In this document: one piece after another, positions 1-11,344 of the stretch
How positions within the stretch are numbered: position 1 is the stretch's first letter
Layout of the letters: each line of letters begins with the position of its first letter
Origin: an uncultured Planctomycetia bacterium
GTDB taxonomy: Bacteria; Omnitrophota; Gorgyraeia; Taenaricolales; CAZCCH01
Direction of reading: 5' to 3'
Length of the DNA: 64,000 nucleotides
NCBI GenBank assembly: GCA_964497315.1
Contig: CAZCCH010000004.1
Coordinates: 18,307-82,306, forward strand
Notes under the pieces: generated by a model
Seen by the model: the letters and a program-made list of their open reading frames with translations, nothing else
Told to the model about the DNA's origin: nothing
Database searches by the model: none
Program-made: the position numbers and the translations under genes

Positions 1-150
1 ACTTCTGCCAGGGCAGTAAAGGGAGGGCAAACTACAATATCTGCTTCAGTAATATCATAGAGTTCTCTTTTTAAGCCATTGACTAACTCAATGGCCTCGG
101 TTAAGGTTTTATACATCTTCCAATTGCCTGCTATAATTGGTCTTCTCATA
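1..150 (-). CDS. tpiA: Triosephosphate isomerase, N-terminal ~50 aa only (gene continues beyond the window start).
   Basis: The reverse-complement of 1..150 translates to MRRPIIAGNWKMYKTLTEAIELVNGL...CPPFTALAE, with the TIM signature IAGNWKM. It lies immediately downstream of pgk on the same strand, the classic gap-pgk-tpi order. It is absent from the ORF track because it is truncated. Confidence 0.75.
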
Positions 151-164
151 TTATACGCTCCATT

Positions 165-1349
165 TTACTTGGCTAAGGCTGCTATACCAGGAAGTGCTTT
201 TCCTTCTAAAAATTCCAAAGATGCACCCCCTCCTGTTGAAACATGTGACATTTTATCCTTTAGCTCCAACTTGGCTATTGCAGCAGCCGTATCACCACCA
301 CCTATAATTTTAACTGCATCCATACTAGCTATAAACTGTGCGATTTGTCTTGTTCCTTCTGAAAATTCATCTATTTCAAAAATTCCTAAAGGACCATTCC
401 AAATAATCGTCTTTGCATCTTTCAAGCAAAATTTAAAATTTTCAACCGTGTCTGGCCCAATATCAACCCCAAGGTATCCATCAGGTATATCTTCTTGAAC
501 ATGTTTTATATTTGTTTTTGTCTCTATATTGTCTGTAATAACATGATCGACTGGCAATTCTAACCTTACATTCGCATCCTTTGCTTTGTTTATTAAATCA
601 GCGGCTATATCTATTTTATCTTGTTCTAGCTTAGATGAACCAATTTGTTTCCCCTGTGCCTTTAGGAATGTATAAGCCATTCCACCACCTATAATCAAGG
701 CATTAACTTTCTCTAACAGGTTTTCTATAACTGCGATTTTATCCGAGACTTTAGCACCGCCTAAAATTGCCGCAAAAGGCTTGGCAGGACTCTCAAGGGC
801 ACCACCGAGATATTCTACTTCTTTTTCCAATAGAAATCCAGCAGCTACTGAATCCAAATACTTGGTTATTCCTTCCGTTGAGGCATGCGCTCTATGTGCT
901 GTCCCAAATGCATCGTTTATGTAGACCTCACCCAATGAGGCAAGCTGCTTGGCAAATTCGGGGTTATTGTCTTTTTCCTCTGGATGAAATCTTAAATTTT
1001 CAAGCAGGATGATATCTCCTTCTTTCATCGCATCAACCGCTTTCTTCACATCATTGCCTATACAGTTATCCATTTTCTTTACAGATCTACCTAAAAGCTC
1101 TGATAACTTCTTTGCGACAGGGTCCATCCTTAAAGAATCATTTACCTTTCCCTTTGGTCTACCAAGATGACTCATTAAAATAAGCTTAGCCTTTCTATTC
1201 AAGGTGTACCTTATCGTAGGTAAGGCAGCGTTTATGCGAGTATCGTCTGCAACCTTTAAACTATTCGTCAAGGGTACATTAAAATCTACCCTCATTAATA
1301 CTCTTTTTCCCCCAAGTTCTAATTCTTTTATAGTAGGAATCTTTGCCAT
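165..1349 (-). CDS. pgk: Phosphoglycerate kinase.
   Basis: The 394-aa product starts MAKIPTIKELELGGKRVLMRVDFNVPL and carries PGK hallmarks (hinge and nucleotide-binding GGGASLE motif). Length is typical. Confidence 0.95.
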   Translation of the reverse strand: MAKIPTIKELELGGKRVLMRVDFNVPLTNSLKVADDTRINAALPTIRYTLNRKAKLILMSHLGRPKGKVNDSLRMDPVAKKLSELLGRSVKKMDNCIGNDVKKAVDAMKEGDIILLENLRFHPEEKDNNPEFAKQLASLGEVYINDAFGTAHRAHASTEGITKYLDSVAAGFLLEKEVEYLGGALESPAKPFAAILGGAKVSDKIAVIENLLEKVNALIIGGGMAYTFLKAQGKQIGSSKLEQDKIDIAADLINKAKDANVRLELPVDHVITDNIETKTNIKHVQEDIPDGYLGVDIGPDTVENFKFCLKDAKTIIWNGPLGIFEIDEFSEGTRQIAQFIASMDAVKIIGGGDTAAAIAKLELKDKMSHVSTGGGASLEFLEGKALPGIAALAK

Positions 1350-1361
1350 TTCTTTACTCCT

Positions 1362-3376
<2,015 letters not shown>

Positions 3377-3402
3377 TTTTAATTCACTTCGCTAGTTAAA
3401 AT

Positions 3403-4434
3403 CTATGGTTTTATCTCTCTTAAAAACTTGGCAGCATCTTCTGGTGAAGTTGAGTTAATATAAAACCCAGTACCCCACTCAAAACCTGCAACCCTTGTTA
3501 AGCGTGGTATGATTTCAATGTGCCAGTGATAATCACGTTCTATTGTTGTCCAATATCCAGTCTTCGCCTTAGTTCTAAAAGGTGCTGTATGCAAAACAAA
3601 ATTATATGGTACATCCTTTATGAGCCTGGATAATTTCAACAAGGCCAATTTTAAAACTTTTGCAAGTTGTTTTGTCTGTGCCTCTTCCATCTTATGAAAA
3701 TCACAAGAATGTTTTGTGGGTAATATCCACATTTCAAAAGGAAATCTGGAAGCAAAGGGAGCAAGTATCGCAAATCCGTCTTGTTCGGTTATTAGGCGCT
3801 CACCACTTTTTAGCTCTTGCTTTATTATATCGCAGAAAATGCAACGTTCTTTATAATCAAAGTACTGCCTTGCACCATTTAGTTCTTCTTTTACCCGCTT
3901 TGGGTTAACTGGCATAGCCATTAATTGAGAACGGGCATGTTCAATACGGCCGCCACCTGCAATCCATCCGTAATTTTTAAACAAGAGCACGTACTTTAAT
4001 CTCTCATCTTTTTGAAGCTCTGTAATTCTGGCAATATAGGTTTTAATTATTGACTCTACCTGTCCAATGGGCAATTCTGCAAAGTTTGAGGTGTGTTCAG
4101 GTGTTTCTACAATAATTTCATGAGCACCCACGCCATTTATGACATCATACATCCCAACACCCTGTCTATCTAATTCACCTTCTTTTTCCAACATGGGCGC
4201 GATACTTGGGACCACTCTTACATTCCAACCTGGTTTATTGGGTTTTGAGTTAGGTTTTCTTATTGCGAATATCTCAGGTGGAGTATGTTGTTCATTGTGT
4301 TCACAGAAAGGACAAGGCCCTGGCCATGGCCTCTGCTTTTCTTTTATGAGTTTATAATCGTTAGGTCGTCCCGCGCGTTCTGTGGCGATTATAACCCATC
4401 TGCCTATTATCGGATCTTTTCGTAATTGTGGCAT
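3403..4434 (-). CDS. GalT-like HIT-family nucleotidyltransferase, tandem paralogue 2.
   Basis: The product is 343 aa, with CPFCEHNE, an HARSQLMAMP triad and the N-terminus MPQLRKDPIIGRW. Its domain layout is colinear with the 2378..3376 product. Confidence 0.75.
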   Translation of the reverse strand: MPQLRKDPIIGRWVIIATERAGRPNDYKLIKEKQRPWPGPCPFCEHNEQHTPPEIFAIRKPNSKPNKPGWNVRVVPSIAPMLEKEGELDRQGVGMYDVINGVGAHEIIVETPEHTSNFAELPIGQVESIIKTYIARITELQKDERLKYVLLFKNYGWIAGGGRIEHARSQLMAMPVNPKRVKEELNGARQYFDYKERCIFCDIIKQELKSGERLITEQDGFAILAPFASRFPFEMWILPTKHSCDFHKMEEAQTKQLAKVLKLALLKLSRLIKDVPYNFVLHTAPFRTKAKTGYWTTIERDYHWHIEIIPRLTRVAGFEWGTGFYINSTSPEDAAKFLREIKP

Positions 4435-4452
4435 TTTAAATATAGTTATTAG

Positions 4453-5394
4453 TTAATTGCCTAATGTGTCCCCTGTTTTTAAATCATGGCCTGCCAAAAA
4501 TGCAGCAATATCCATTTGCTTTGAGTTAGCAGGTTGCAATCTATTTATCTCTAAAACCTCAGAACCTGTTGCGATCTGAAGTTTATTATCCTTTTTGGAA
4601 ACCACTTCACCCGGCTTTTTACCTTCTGCTTTTATTGCACTTATTCTTGCCTCCCAAACCCTAAGAAGCTTACCCTTTAAAAAAGTGTGTGCAATTGGCC
4701 AAGGAATAAAAGCCCTAACTCTGTTGTGTATTTGCCTGGCAGACATCTTCCAGTCAATTAATCCATCCTGCTTTTTTAATTTAGGTGCGTAAGTTGTCTT
4801 ACTTTCATCCTGCGGAGTGAAGGTTGCGCGTCCTTTTTCTATGGAATCTATTGTTTCTAACAGCAAGTCTGCGCCTGCCTGAGCTAATTTTTCTGATAGG
4901 CTAAGATAAGTATCGGTTTCTTTTATGGGAATTTGGGGACTCTGGGCAATAATGTCACCTGCGTCCATAGTTTGGTTCATTCTTATAATGCTAAGTCCTG
5001 TGGCCTTCTCACCATTTACTATTGCCCAGTGCATAGGGCTTGCACCCCTGTATTTTGGAAGAAGGGAACCATGCATATTTATACAAGATTTATCCGGTAA
5101 AGTCAATACTTTATTACATAATATATGACCATAAGCTATAACACAGAAAAGATCTGCCTTATATGCTGCTATATTTTCAATGAACTTTCCAATTGAAGGA
5201 TCTGGTGGTTGATATATATCTTTTATGCCATGTTTTAACGCCTCTATCTTTATTGGGGGTTGGGATAGCTTCAGATGGCGTCCTTTTTTTCTATCAGGCT
5301 GAGTTACTACAGCCAAAACCTCATGTTTGGAGGCTACTAGTTTTCTCAAGCTTGGAATGGCAAATTCTGATGTCCCAAAAAATATTACTTTCAT
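4453..5394 (-). CDS. fmt: Methionyl-tRNA formyltransferase.
   Basis: The product is 313 aa. It has the formyltransferase core HGSLLPKYRGASPMHWAIVNGEKATG followed by the Fmt C-terminal domain. Confidence 0.9.
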   Translation of the reverse strand: MKVIFFGTSEFAIPSLRKLVASKHEVLAVVTQPDRKKGRHLKLSQPPIKIEALKHGIKDIYQPPDPSIGKFIENIAAYKADLFCVIAYGHILCNKVLTLPDKSCINMHGSLLPKYRGASPMHWAIVNGEKATGLSIIRMNQTMDAGDIIAQSPQIPIKETDTYLSLSEKLAQAGADLLLETIDSIEKGRATFTPQDESKTTYAPKLKKQDGLIDWKMSARQIHNRVRAFIPWPIAHTFLKGKLLRVWEARISAIKAEGKKPGEVVSKKDNKLQIATGSEVLEINRLQPANSKQMDIAAFLAGHDLKTGDTLGN

Positions 5395-7397
5395 TATGTT
5401 GGATCCACGTCTATTGTTAAACGAACTCCTGAATACCTAGGGCACTGTTTTAATGTCTGTTTCAGGTAAAAGCGTGCATCTTTGACATCTTTTGCCCTTA
5501 TGAAGACATTCCATCTATAGTGCATCTTTAATCTTGGGATAATTGCAGGTGCGGGACCCGTTATGTGTATTTTTTTATTAATGGATTTGGCCTTTGCGAC
5601 TACTGATCTTAGAAGACTGGCAAAGTTAGAGGCTTCTTTGCTAGTCTTATCATGGTTTCTCCCCTTTACCGTAATGCATATTATATGGGTAAAAGGAGGA
5701 AGTTTCAAGCTTTTTCGCTGCAGAATCTCTTTTTTATAAAATTCTGCGTAATCATGTCGACTGGCTGCTGCTATGCAATAATGCTTTGGTGTATAGGTTT
5801 GCACTATGACTTTTCCTTGCACGTGCCCCCTACCTGCCCTGCCTGCCACTTGAGTCAAAAGGCTAAATGTCCTTTCATCTGACCTAAAATCAGGTATGTG
5901 TAAAGCAGTATCTGCTGATACAACACCCACTAGGGCAACCTTTGGGTAATCAAGGCCCTTGGCAATCATTTGCGTTCCTATAAGAAGTTGAATTTTGCCT
6001 TTTTGGAAATCCTTCAGTATTTTTTCATGACTACCTCTTTTTCGTGTAGTATCAGTATCCATCCGTTCAATTTTTGTATCTAAAAAGAGCCTGTGCATCT
6101 CAGATTCAACCTTTTCTGTACCCATTCCAAAATAGTTTATATGTGCACTCTTACATTCAGGGCACATATGCGGAGGAGCTATTTTATAATTGCACCAGTG
6201 ACATATTAGTTTTTTATCGCAAAAGTGATATGTAAGTGTCGTACTACAATTTTTACACTTAAGTACAAACCCACATTTTTTACAATGCATATATGTAGAA
6301 AACCCCCTCCTATTTAAAAAAAGGATCGCTTGTAAACCTCTCTCTAAAATATCCCTTACATTTTCTTCTAATATTTTTGAAAATATAGAGAATTTCTTTA
6401 GGTTGTATTCATTTTTCATATCGATTATTTCCACCTTCGGTAAATCTTTTTCTTTTATTCTTTCTGTAAGGCGGGCAAGTTTATAAATATTCTTTTCTGC
6501 CTTATAATAAGACTCCAAAGATGGAGTGGCACTGCCTAATATCACTACTGCCTTTGATAACTTCGCCCTGTAAATAGCAACATCTCTAGCGTGATACCTT
6601 GGTATGTCTTGCTGTTTATATGTATTCTCATGTTCTTCGTCTACTACAATAAGCCCGATATTTTTCAATGGTGCAAAAATAGCGGATCTTGCACCAACAA
6701 CAATTCTTGCCTTTTGCTCTTTAATCTTCTTCCACTCAGTAAATCTTTCACCGGCAGTTAAACGACTGTGTAAAATTGCTACCTCTTCTTGAAACCTTGA
6801 CTTAAATCTTTCAACAGCCTGAGGGGTAAGAGATATCTCAGGAACAAGCACAATGCTTGAGCGCCCTTGAGCTAATGCAGAACCTATTGCCTGTAGGTAT
6901 ACCTCTGTCTTCCCGCTACCGGTTATGCCGTGTAGCAAATAAACATGATGTGTGTTGGTGTTTAAATCATTGCAGATTGCCCGCAACGCCCTATCTTGCT
7001 GAACAGTAGGTTTTAAATCCCTTGTTGGTTTAAACTGGCCTATTGCGCTAGGTTTTCTTTGCTTTATGTTGCTTTTTCCCTTCTTTAGCCCCCCTGGAAT
7101 AACCGCCTGTATTGCTTCACCCCAACTGCAAAAATAATACTGTGAAATCCATTTAGTCAACTCGAGCAGTTCTTTATCTAAAATAGGTTCCTCATCAATA
7201 ATTGAATGAATAGGTCTGGTTTGCTTTAACACAGTTTTATCTGAAAGGCCTACTATATAACCCACTAATTCTCTTGTTTTAAAAGGTACCCATACCCTCT
7301 TGCCAATTGCAGCAAAGTCAACTAATTCATCTGGTATGGAATAATCAAAAGGGCCTTCTACGGGAAGACCCACTACAACTTTAGCAAACCTTTTCAT
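5394..7397 (-). CDS. priA: Primosomal protein N' (PriA helicase).
   Basis: The product is 667 aa. It has a Walker A GITGSGKT, a DEEH box (VVDEEHENTY) and a Cys-rich zinc finger CKKCGFVLKCKNCSTTLTYHFCDKKLICHWC inside the helicase core, which is PriA-specific. Confidence 0.9.
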   Translation of the reverse strand: MKRFAKVVVGLPVEGPFDYSIPDELVDFAAIGKRVWVPFKTRELVGYIVGLSDKTVLKQTRPIHSIIDEEPILDKELLELTKWISQYYFCSWGEAIQAVIPGGLKKGKSNIKQRKPSAIGQFKPTRDLKPTVQQDRALRAICNDLNTNTHHVYLLHGITGSGKTEVYLQAIGSALAQGRSSIVLVPEISLTPQAVERFKSRFQEEVAILHSRLTAGERFTEWKKIKEQKARIVVGARSAIFAPLKNIGLIVVDEEHENTYKQQDIPRYHARDVAIYRAKLSKAVVILGSATPSLESYYKAEKNIYKLARLTERIKEKDLPKVEIIDMKNEYNLKKFSIFSKILEENVRDILERGLQAILFLNRRGFSTYMHCKKCGFVLKCKNCSTTLTYHFCDKKLICHWCNYKIAPPHMCPECKSAHINYFGMGTEKVESEMHRLFLDTKIERMDTDTTRKRGSHEKILKDFQKGKIQLLIGTQMIAKGLDYPKVALVGVVSADTALHIPDFRSDERTFSLLTQVAGRAGRGHVQGKVIVQTYTPKHYCIAAASRHDYAEFYKKEILQRKSLKLPPFTHIICITVKGRNHDKTSKEASNFASLLRSVVAKAKSINKKIHITGPAPAIIPRLKMHYRWNVFIRAKDVKDARFYLKQTLKQCPRYSGVRLTIDVDPT

Positions 7398-8071
7398 TTT
7401 TTAAGCTCGTTTATAATCTTTTTTAAATCCTGCCAGGCTAAAATTTTACCGTTTGGATTCCGTAATAAATATGCAGGGTGAAATGTTGGCATGGTCTTTA
7501 TTCCGCGAAAATCACAAAATTTGCCGCGCAATGTAGTAATGGGTTCCTTTTTGCCTAACAAGGCAAACACAGCATGTCTACCAAGACAGCAAATCACCTT
7601 TGGTGCAATAATATCAAGTTGTTTTAGGAGATAACTTCTGCAAATGGCTATTTCCGTAGGAAAGGGGTCGCGATTTTGCGGTGGCCTGCATTTAAGAACA
7701 TTGCATATAAAAACATCTTCTCTTTTTAATTTCATCGCCTCAATCATCTTTGTAAGGAGTTGTCCGGCCCTACCAACAAATGGTCTTCCTTGTTTATCCT
7801 CTTCAAAACCCGGTGCTTCTCCGACAAATACAAGCTTAGCCCCAGGATTACCCTCTCCTAATACAATATGTGACCTGCCCCTATGAAGTTCACATTCTTC
7901 GCAGGATAAAATTTTCTTATGAAATTGTCTTAATTGTTCTGCCTTGCTTTTCTTTGTTTCATTGGTCTTAATCGCTGAGGTATTCTTTAAATGGTACCCC
8001 TTTATTCCTGTTTCTTTTTCAGCAGAGATATAAGCTTTAACAGATTTTATTAACTCTTTGGTTTTCCTCAT
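7394..8071 (-). CDS. Uracil-DNA glycosylase, family 4 (4Fe-4S type).
   Basis: The product is 225 aa. The motif [35 protein letters not shown] matches the family-4 UDG signature GE[GA]PG...F.G.AG. The preceding CEECELHR cysteines fit the Fe-S ligands. Confidence 0.8.
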   Translation of the reverse strand: MRKTKELIKSVKAYISAEKETGIKGYHLKNTSAIKTNETKKSKAEQLRQFHKKILSCEECELHRGRSHIVLGEGNPGAKLVFVGEAPGFEEDKQGRPFVGRAGQLLTKMIEAMKLKREDVFICNVLKCRPPQNRDPFPTEIAICRSYLLKQLDIIAPKVICCLGRHAVFALLGKKEPITTLRGKFCDFRGIKTMPTFHPAYLLRNPNGKILAWQDLKKIINELKK

Positions 8072-9186
8072 TTGTCCTCAATGGCTAATTCAATAATTCT
8101 TTTTGCAGAATTAGGTTTTGCCAATTTAGAAACACCATTTTTTAATTGCATAAGCTTTGTAGGATCAGTTATAAGTTCGGTGAGTCTTTCTTTTGCCTCT
8201 TTGACGTTTTTTACTTTTACAGCAGCTTGTAATTGCACTAAAGCTTTACAATTACCCGATTCTTGTCCAGGTATCGGTCTTAGCACAATCATCGCAAGAC
8301 CAGATGTAAGTGCCTCTGAGGTAGTCATACCCCCAGATTTACTTATCAACACATCGCTTACGCTCATAAGTTGGTGTATTCTTTCAGTAAATCCAAAAAT
8401 TTTAACCCTGTTGCATGCAGCATATTTCTTCTGTAAGTTTGTAAAAAGTCTTTTGTTTTTACCACAAACTACAATAAAATTAGCCTTCTCTGATACATTA
8501 ACTAATGAATCGGTTAATTTTCCAAGCGGCCCCACACCAAACCCACCTCCAATTATCAAAGCAATAAATAGGTTCTGCTCTAATCCTAGTTGTTTTTTAA
8601 GGGTTTTTTTATCATGGGGTTGTTCAAATTTTGGACTCACAGCTACACCTGTAACAGCTATTTTTTTATAATCAACCCCTCTGTCTATTAAATCCTGCAT
8701 TGTTTTCTCTGCAGCCACAGCATAAGTATCGACCTCCTTAGCTATCCAGAAAGAGTGAACTTTGAAATCTGTTACAGCAGTAACTAAGCGGCAATTGAGC
8801 CTGCCTTTCTGTTTCAAATAAGAAACTATCTCATTAGTCATGAAATGTGTTGCAATAACCACATCAGGTTGATAGTCACAAAGAAAACGTTCAAACTTTT
8901 TTAAGGCACATCCATTTATTAATCGCCTTATGGAGTTCGTTAGCTTATAAATCCTTTGGTTATCAAGGGAATAATAAAAAAATCCCCAGATAAGTGGAAG
9001 ATAATTTATTAAAGTTATATATTGCCTTCCATAGAGCCATTTAAAAAAGTGGCTTGAATAATCAAGCGAATCAATGAGTTTAATGTCATGTTCTGCGCTA
9101 GGTGTAAGTCTAAGTGCTTCATATAAGGCTTCTGCGCACTTTTTATGCCCTGCACCTGCTGAAGCGTATACGATTAAGATTTTCAT
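8068..9186 (-). CDS. MGDG-synthase/UgtP-like glycolipid (diacylglycerol) glycosyltransferase, GT28.
   Basis: The product is 372 aa. The N-terminus MKILIVYASAGAGHKKCAEALYEAL has the GxGH motif of the UgtP/YpfP/MGD family. The C-terminal half has GT-B-type UDP-sugar-binding features. Confidence 0.65.
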   Translation of the reverse strand: MKILIVYASAGAGHKKCAEALYEALRLTPSAEHDIKLIDSLDYSSHFFKWLYGRQYITLINYLPLIWGFFYYSLDNQRIYKLTNSIRRLINGCALKKFERFLCDYQPDVVIATHFMTNEIVSYLKQKGRLNCRLVTAVTDFKVHSFWIAKEVDTYAVAAEKTMQDLIDRGVDYKKIAVTGVAVSPKFEQPHDKKTLKKQLGLEQNLFIALIIGGGFGVGPLGKLTDSLVNVSEKANFIVVCGKNKRLFTNLQKKYAACNRVKIFGFTERIHQLMSVSDVLISKSGGMTTSEALTSGLAMIVLRPIPGQESGNCKALVQLQAAVKVKNVKEAKERLTELITDPTKLMQLKNGVSKLAKPNSAKRIIELAIEDK

Positions 9187-10089
9187 TTATTTTTTTATAA
9201 TTTTAGCAATTTGGCGGATGTGCTCAGGGGTACTACCGCAACATCCTCCGATGATGTTAATCTTTAGATTTAATAATTCCGGCAAGACCTTTGTGAAATC
9301 TTCTGGTGTTTCGGTAAAAATAGTTTTATCATTTTCCAGCTTAGGCATACCTGCATTTGACTGGGCAATAAGAAATATATCGTTTCTTTTTAACTCATCT
9401 AGTCGTTTTCTCATTAATTCTATGACTTTTACCATTTGTTTTATGCCGCATCCACAGTTTGAACCCATTATCTTAACACCCATATCAAGCATCTTATCGA
9501 CTGCCTCATCAGTAGAAACCCCCATCATTGTTTTACAGATGCCCGGTTGAAATGTCATGCTAGCTATCACTGGAAACTCGCTGCCAATGTTTAAGGCGGC
9601 TTCTTTGGCAGCCATAAAGGCTGCTTTTAATTCTCCTAAGTCAGCCATCGTTTCAATAATAATACCATCTACACCGGCTTGTACAAGTATCTCTGCTTGG
9701 TTTTTAAATACGTCAAAAAGTTCTTCGTACTTTAAATTTCCCACGGGTTCTATAAATTCCCCTGTTGGACCTATATCACCAAGCACATAGGTAGAATCTC
9801 CTGTTACTTCTTTAGCTAATTGCACAGCTTTCAAATTAAAGTCACTAAGTTTACCCTCAAGTCCTGCACGTTTTAACTTAAGGCTATTTGCTCCAAAGGT
9901 ATTTGTTGTGATAATGTCACACCCTGCATCAACATAGCTTTTATGGATAGATTTTATAACCTCAGGATGTGATAAATTCCACTCTTCTGGAAAATCACCT
10001 GTCTTTAGGCTTTGCTCTTGCAGGGCAGTACCCATAGCACCATCACAAATTAATACTTCTGACTTTAGCTTCTCTAATAAAGGTTTCAT
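9187..10089 (-). CDS. Stand-alone homocysteine S-methyltransferase (Hcy-binding) domain protein.
   Basis: The product is 300 aa. It has the N-terminal ICDGAMGTALQ and the C-terminal zinc-binding GGCCGSTPEHI motifs of the S-methyl_trans (MetH N-domain / MmuM) fold. Confidence 0.75.
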   Translation of the reverse strand: MKPLLEKLKSEVLICDGAMGTALQEQSLKTGDFPEEWNLSHPEVIKSIHKSYVDAGCDIITTNTFGANSLKLKRAGLEGKLSDFNLKAVQLAKEVTGDSTYVLGDIGPTGEFIEPVGNLKYEELFDVFKNQAEILVQAGVDGIIIETMADLGELKAAFMAAKEAALNIGSEFPVIASMTFQPGICKTMMGVSTDEAVDKMLDMGVKIMGSNCGCGIKQMVKVIELMRKRLDELKRNDIFLIAQSNAGMPKLENDKTIFTETPEDFTKVLPELLNLKINIIGGCCGSTPEHIRQIAKIIKK

Positions 10090-10092
10090 AGG

Positions 10093-10635
10093 TCAGTCCT
10101 TTTTTAAAATAACCTCTTTAACAGCCTGGAACAAATCTTTACATGTTTCATCTGGTTGAAACTCTAAAGTATCTAAATTCTCTTTCTTTGTTTTTCCGGA
10201 AAATACAAGTATCGTCTTGCAACCTAAATTCTTACCAGCCTCAATATCTCTTTCGTCATCACCTATGAAATAAACATCTTTAAAGCCACTGCTGAGGTTA
10301 CCTGCTGCTTGTTTAAAAAGTGTTGTTTTAGGTTTTCTGCAATCACAGTCATCTTTATGGGTGCAATAAAAAACACCCGCTATCTCACCTTTGTTCTCTT
10401 TAAGTCCTGAAAGCATCTTTTGTGTTATTTTATCTAAATCCGCTTGAGTGAAAAGCCCTTTACCGACACCCCTTTGATTTGAAATAACATATATCTTATA
10501 CCCTGCCTCTGTAAGTAGTCTTATTGCCTCAAGAGAACCGTCTATAAAATGGAAATCTTTTGCGTTTGTGACATACTCTCCATGACCAGGATATACATTT
10601 ATTACACCATCTCTATCGAGAAAAATTATCTTCAT
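10093..10635 (-). CDS. gmhB: D-glycero-D-manno-heptose 1,7-bisphosphate phosphatase (HAD-IIIA).
   Basis: The product is 180 aa. It has the HAD motif I FLDRDGVIN and the GmhB-type zinc site CTHKDDCDCRKP. The length fits GmhB. Confidence 0.75.
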   Translation of the reverse strand: MKIIFLDRDGVINVYPGHGEYVTNAKDFHFIDGSLEAIRLLTEAGYKIYVISNQRGVGKGLFTQADLDKITQKMLSGLKENKGEIAGVFYCTHKDDCDCRKPKTTLFKQAAGNLSSGFKDVYFIGDDERDIEAGKNLGCKTILVFSGKTKKENLDTLEFQPDETCKDLFQAVKEVILKKD

Positions 10636-10661
10636 TTAATTAAATGCCTTTTTGTTACTCT

Positions 10662-11297
10662 TTAGGCTTTAACAGCAATAATATTTAAATTCAAAGCCAG
10701 CTCTTCTCCTGGAAATACTTCATTGTTTATATCTTCTATTTGAAACCCGTTGCGGCCTAACAATTCTTTTATAGTAGCTTTGGTAAAAATATCCTTATGC
10801 AGTTGATAGGGTGAATTCTTTAGCGTGGGGTCACCATGGGTCAACCTATAAACCTCAAAAAGGTCAAATCTTTCACTGGAAATGCCCTTTTCTTGTTTAA
10901 TGTAGGCATCAATAATGGCATCGAAATCTGGGAGCCATTTAATAATAAGACGGCCGCCTTTTTTCAGTATCCTGTGAAAATCCTTTAGTATCTTATCCTG
11001 ACTATATCGGTAGAAATGCTCAAAGACAGCCTCCAACCTTACTTCAGAAGCTATGTCGGAGGGTACAAGATGAAGGTCTTCTGAGACATCCAACGCCGCA
11101 TCTGTGCCTTCTGTAGGGACTATATCTATATTGACGTAGTCTTTTAGCTTTTTATCTCCGCAGCCAATGTAGAGCTTCACGCCATCTTTCAATAAATCTT
11201 CTATCCTGGTCCTTAAAATCCTTTTTCTCCTGCACGAAATCCATGTCCACCTTCGCCAGATCTGCCTGGAATTTTTTGCTATCTTTTTATGCAACAT
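10662..11297 (-). CDS. Class I SAM-dependent methyltransferase.
   Basis: The product is 211 aa. It has the glycine-rich motif I LYIGCGDKKL and motif-post-I acidic residues, in a Methyltransf_11/23-like layout. Confidence 0.6.
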   Translation of the reverse strand: MLHKKIAKNSRQIWRRWTWISCRRKRILRTRIEDLLKDGVKLYIGCGDKKLKDYVNIDIVPTEGTDAALDVSEDLHLVPSDIASEVRLEAVFEHFYRYSQDKILKDFHRILKKGGRLIIKWLPDFDAIIDAYIKQEKGISSERFDLFEVYRLTHGDPTLKNSPYQLHKDIFTKATIKELLGRNGFQIEDINNEVFPGEELALNLNIIAVKA

Positions 11298-11344
11298 GGC
11301 TGCACCTTTTGGTTTTTGTCATCATTTTCATATTTGGCTCCATT

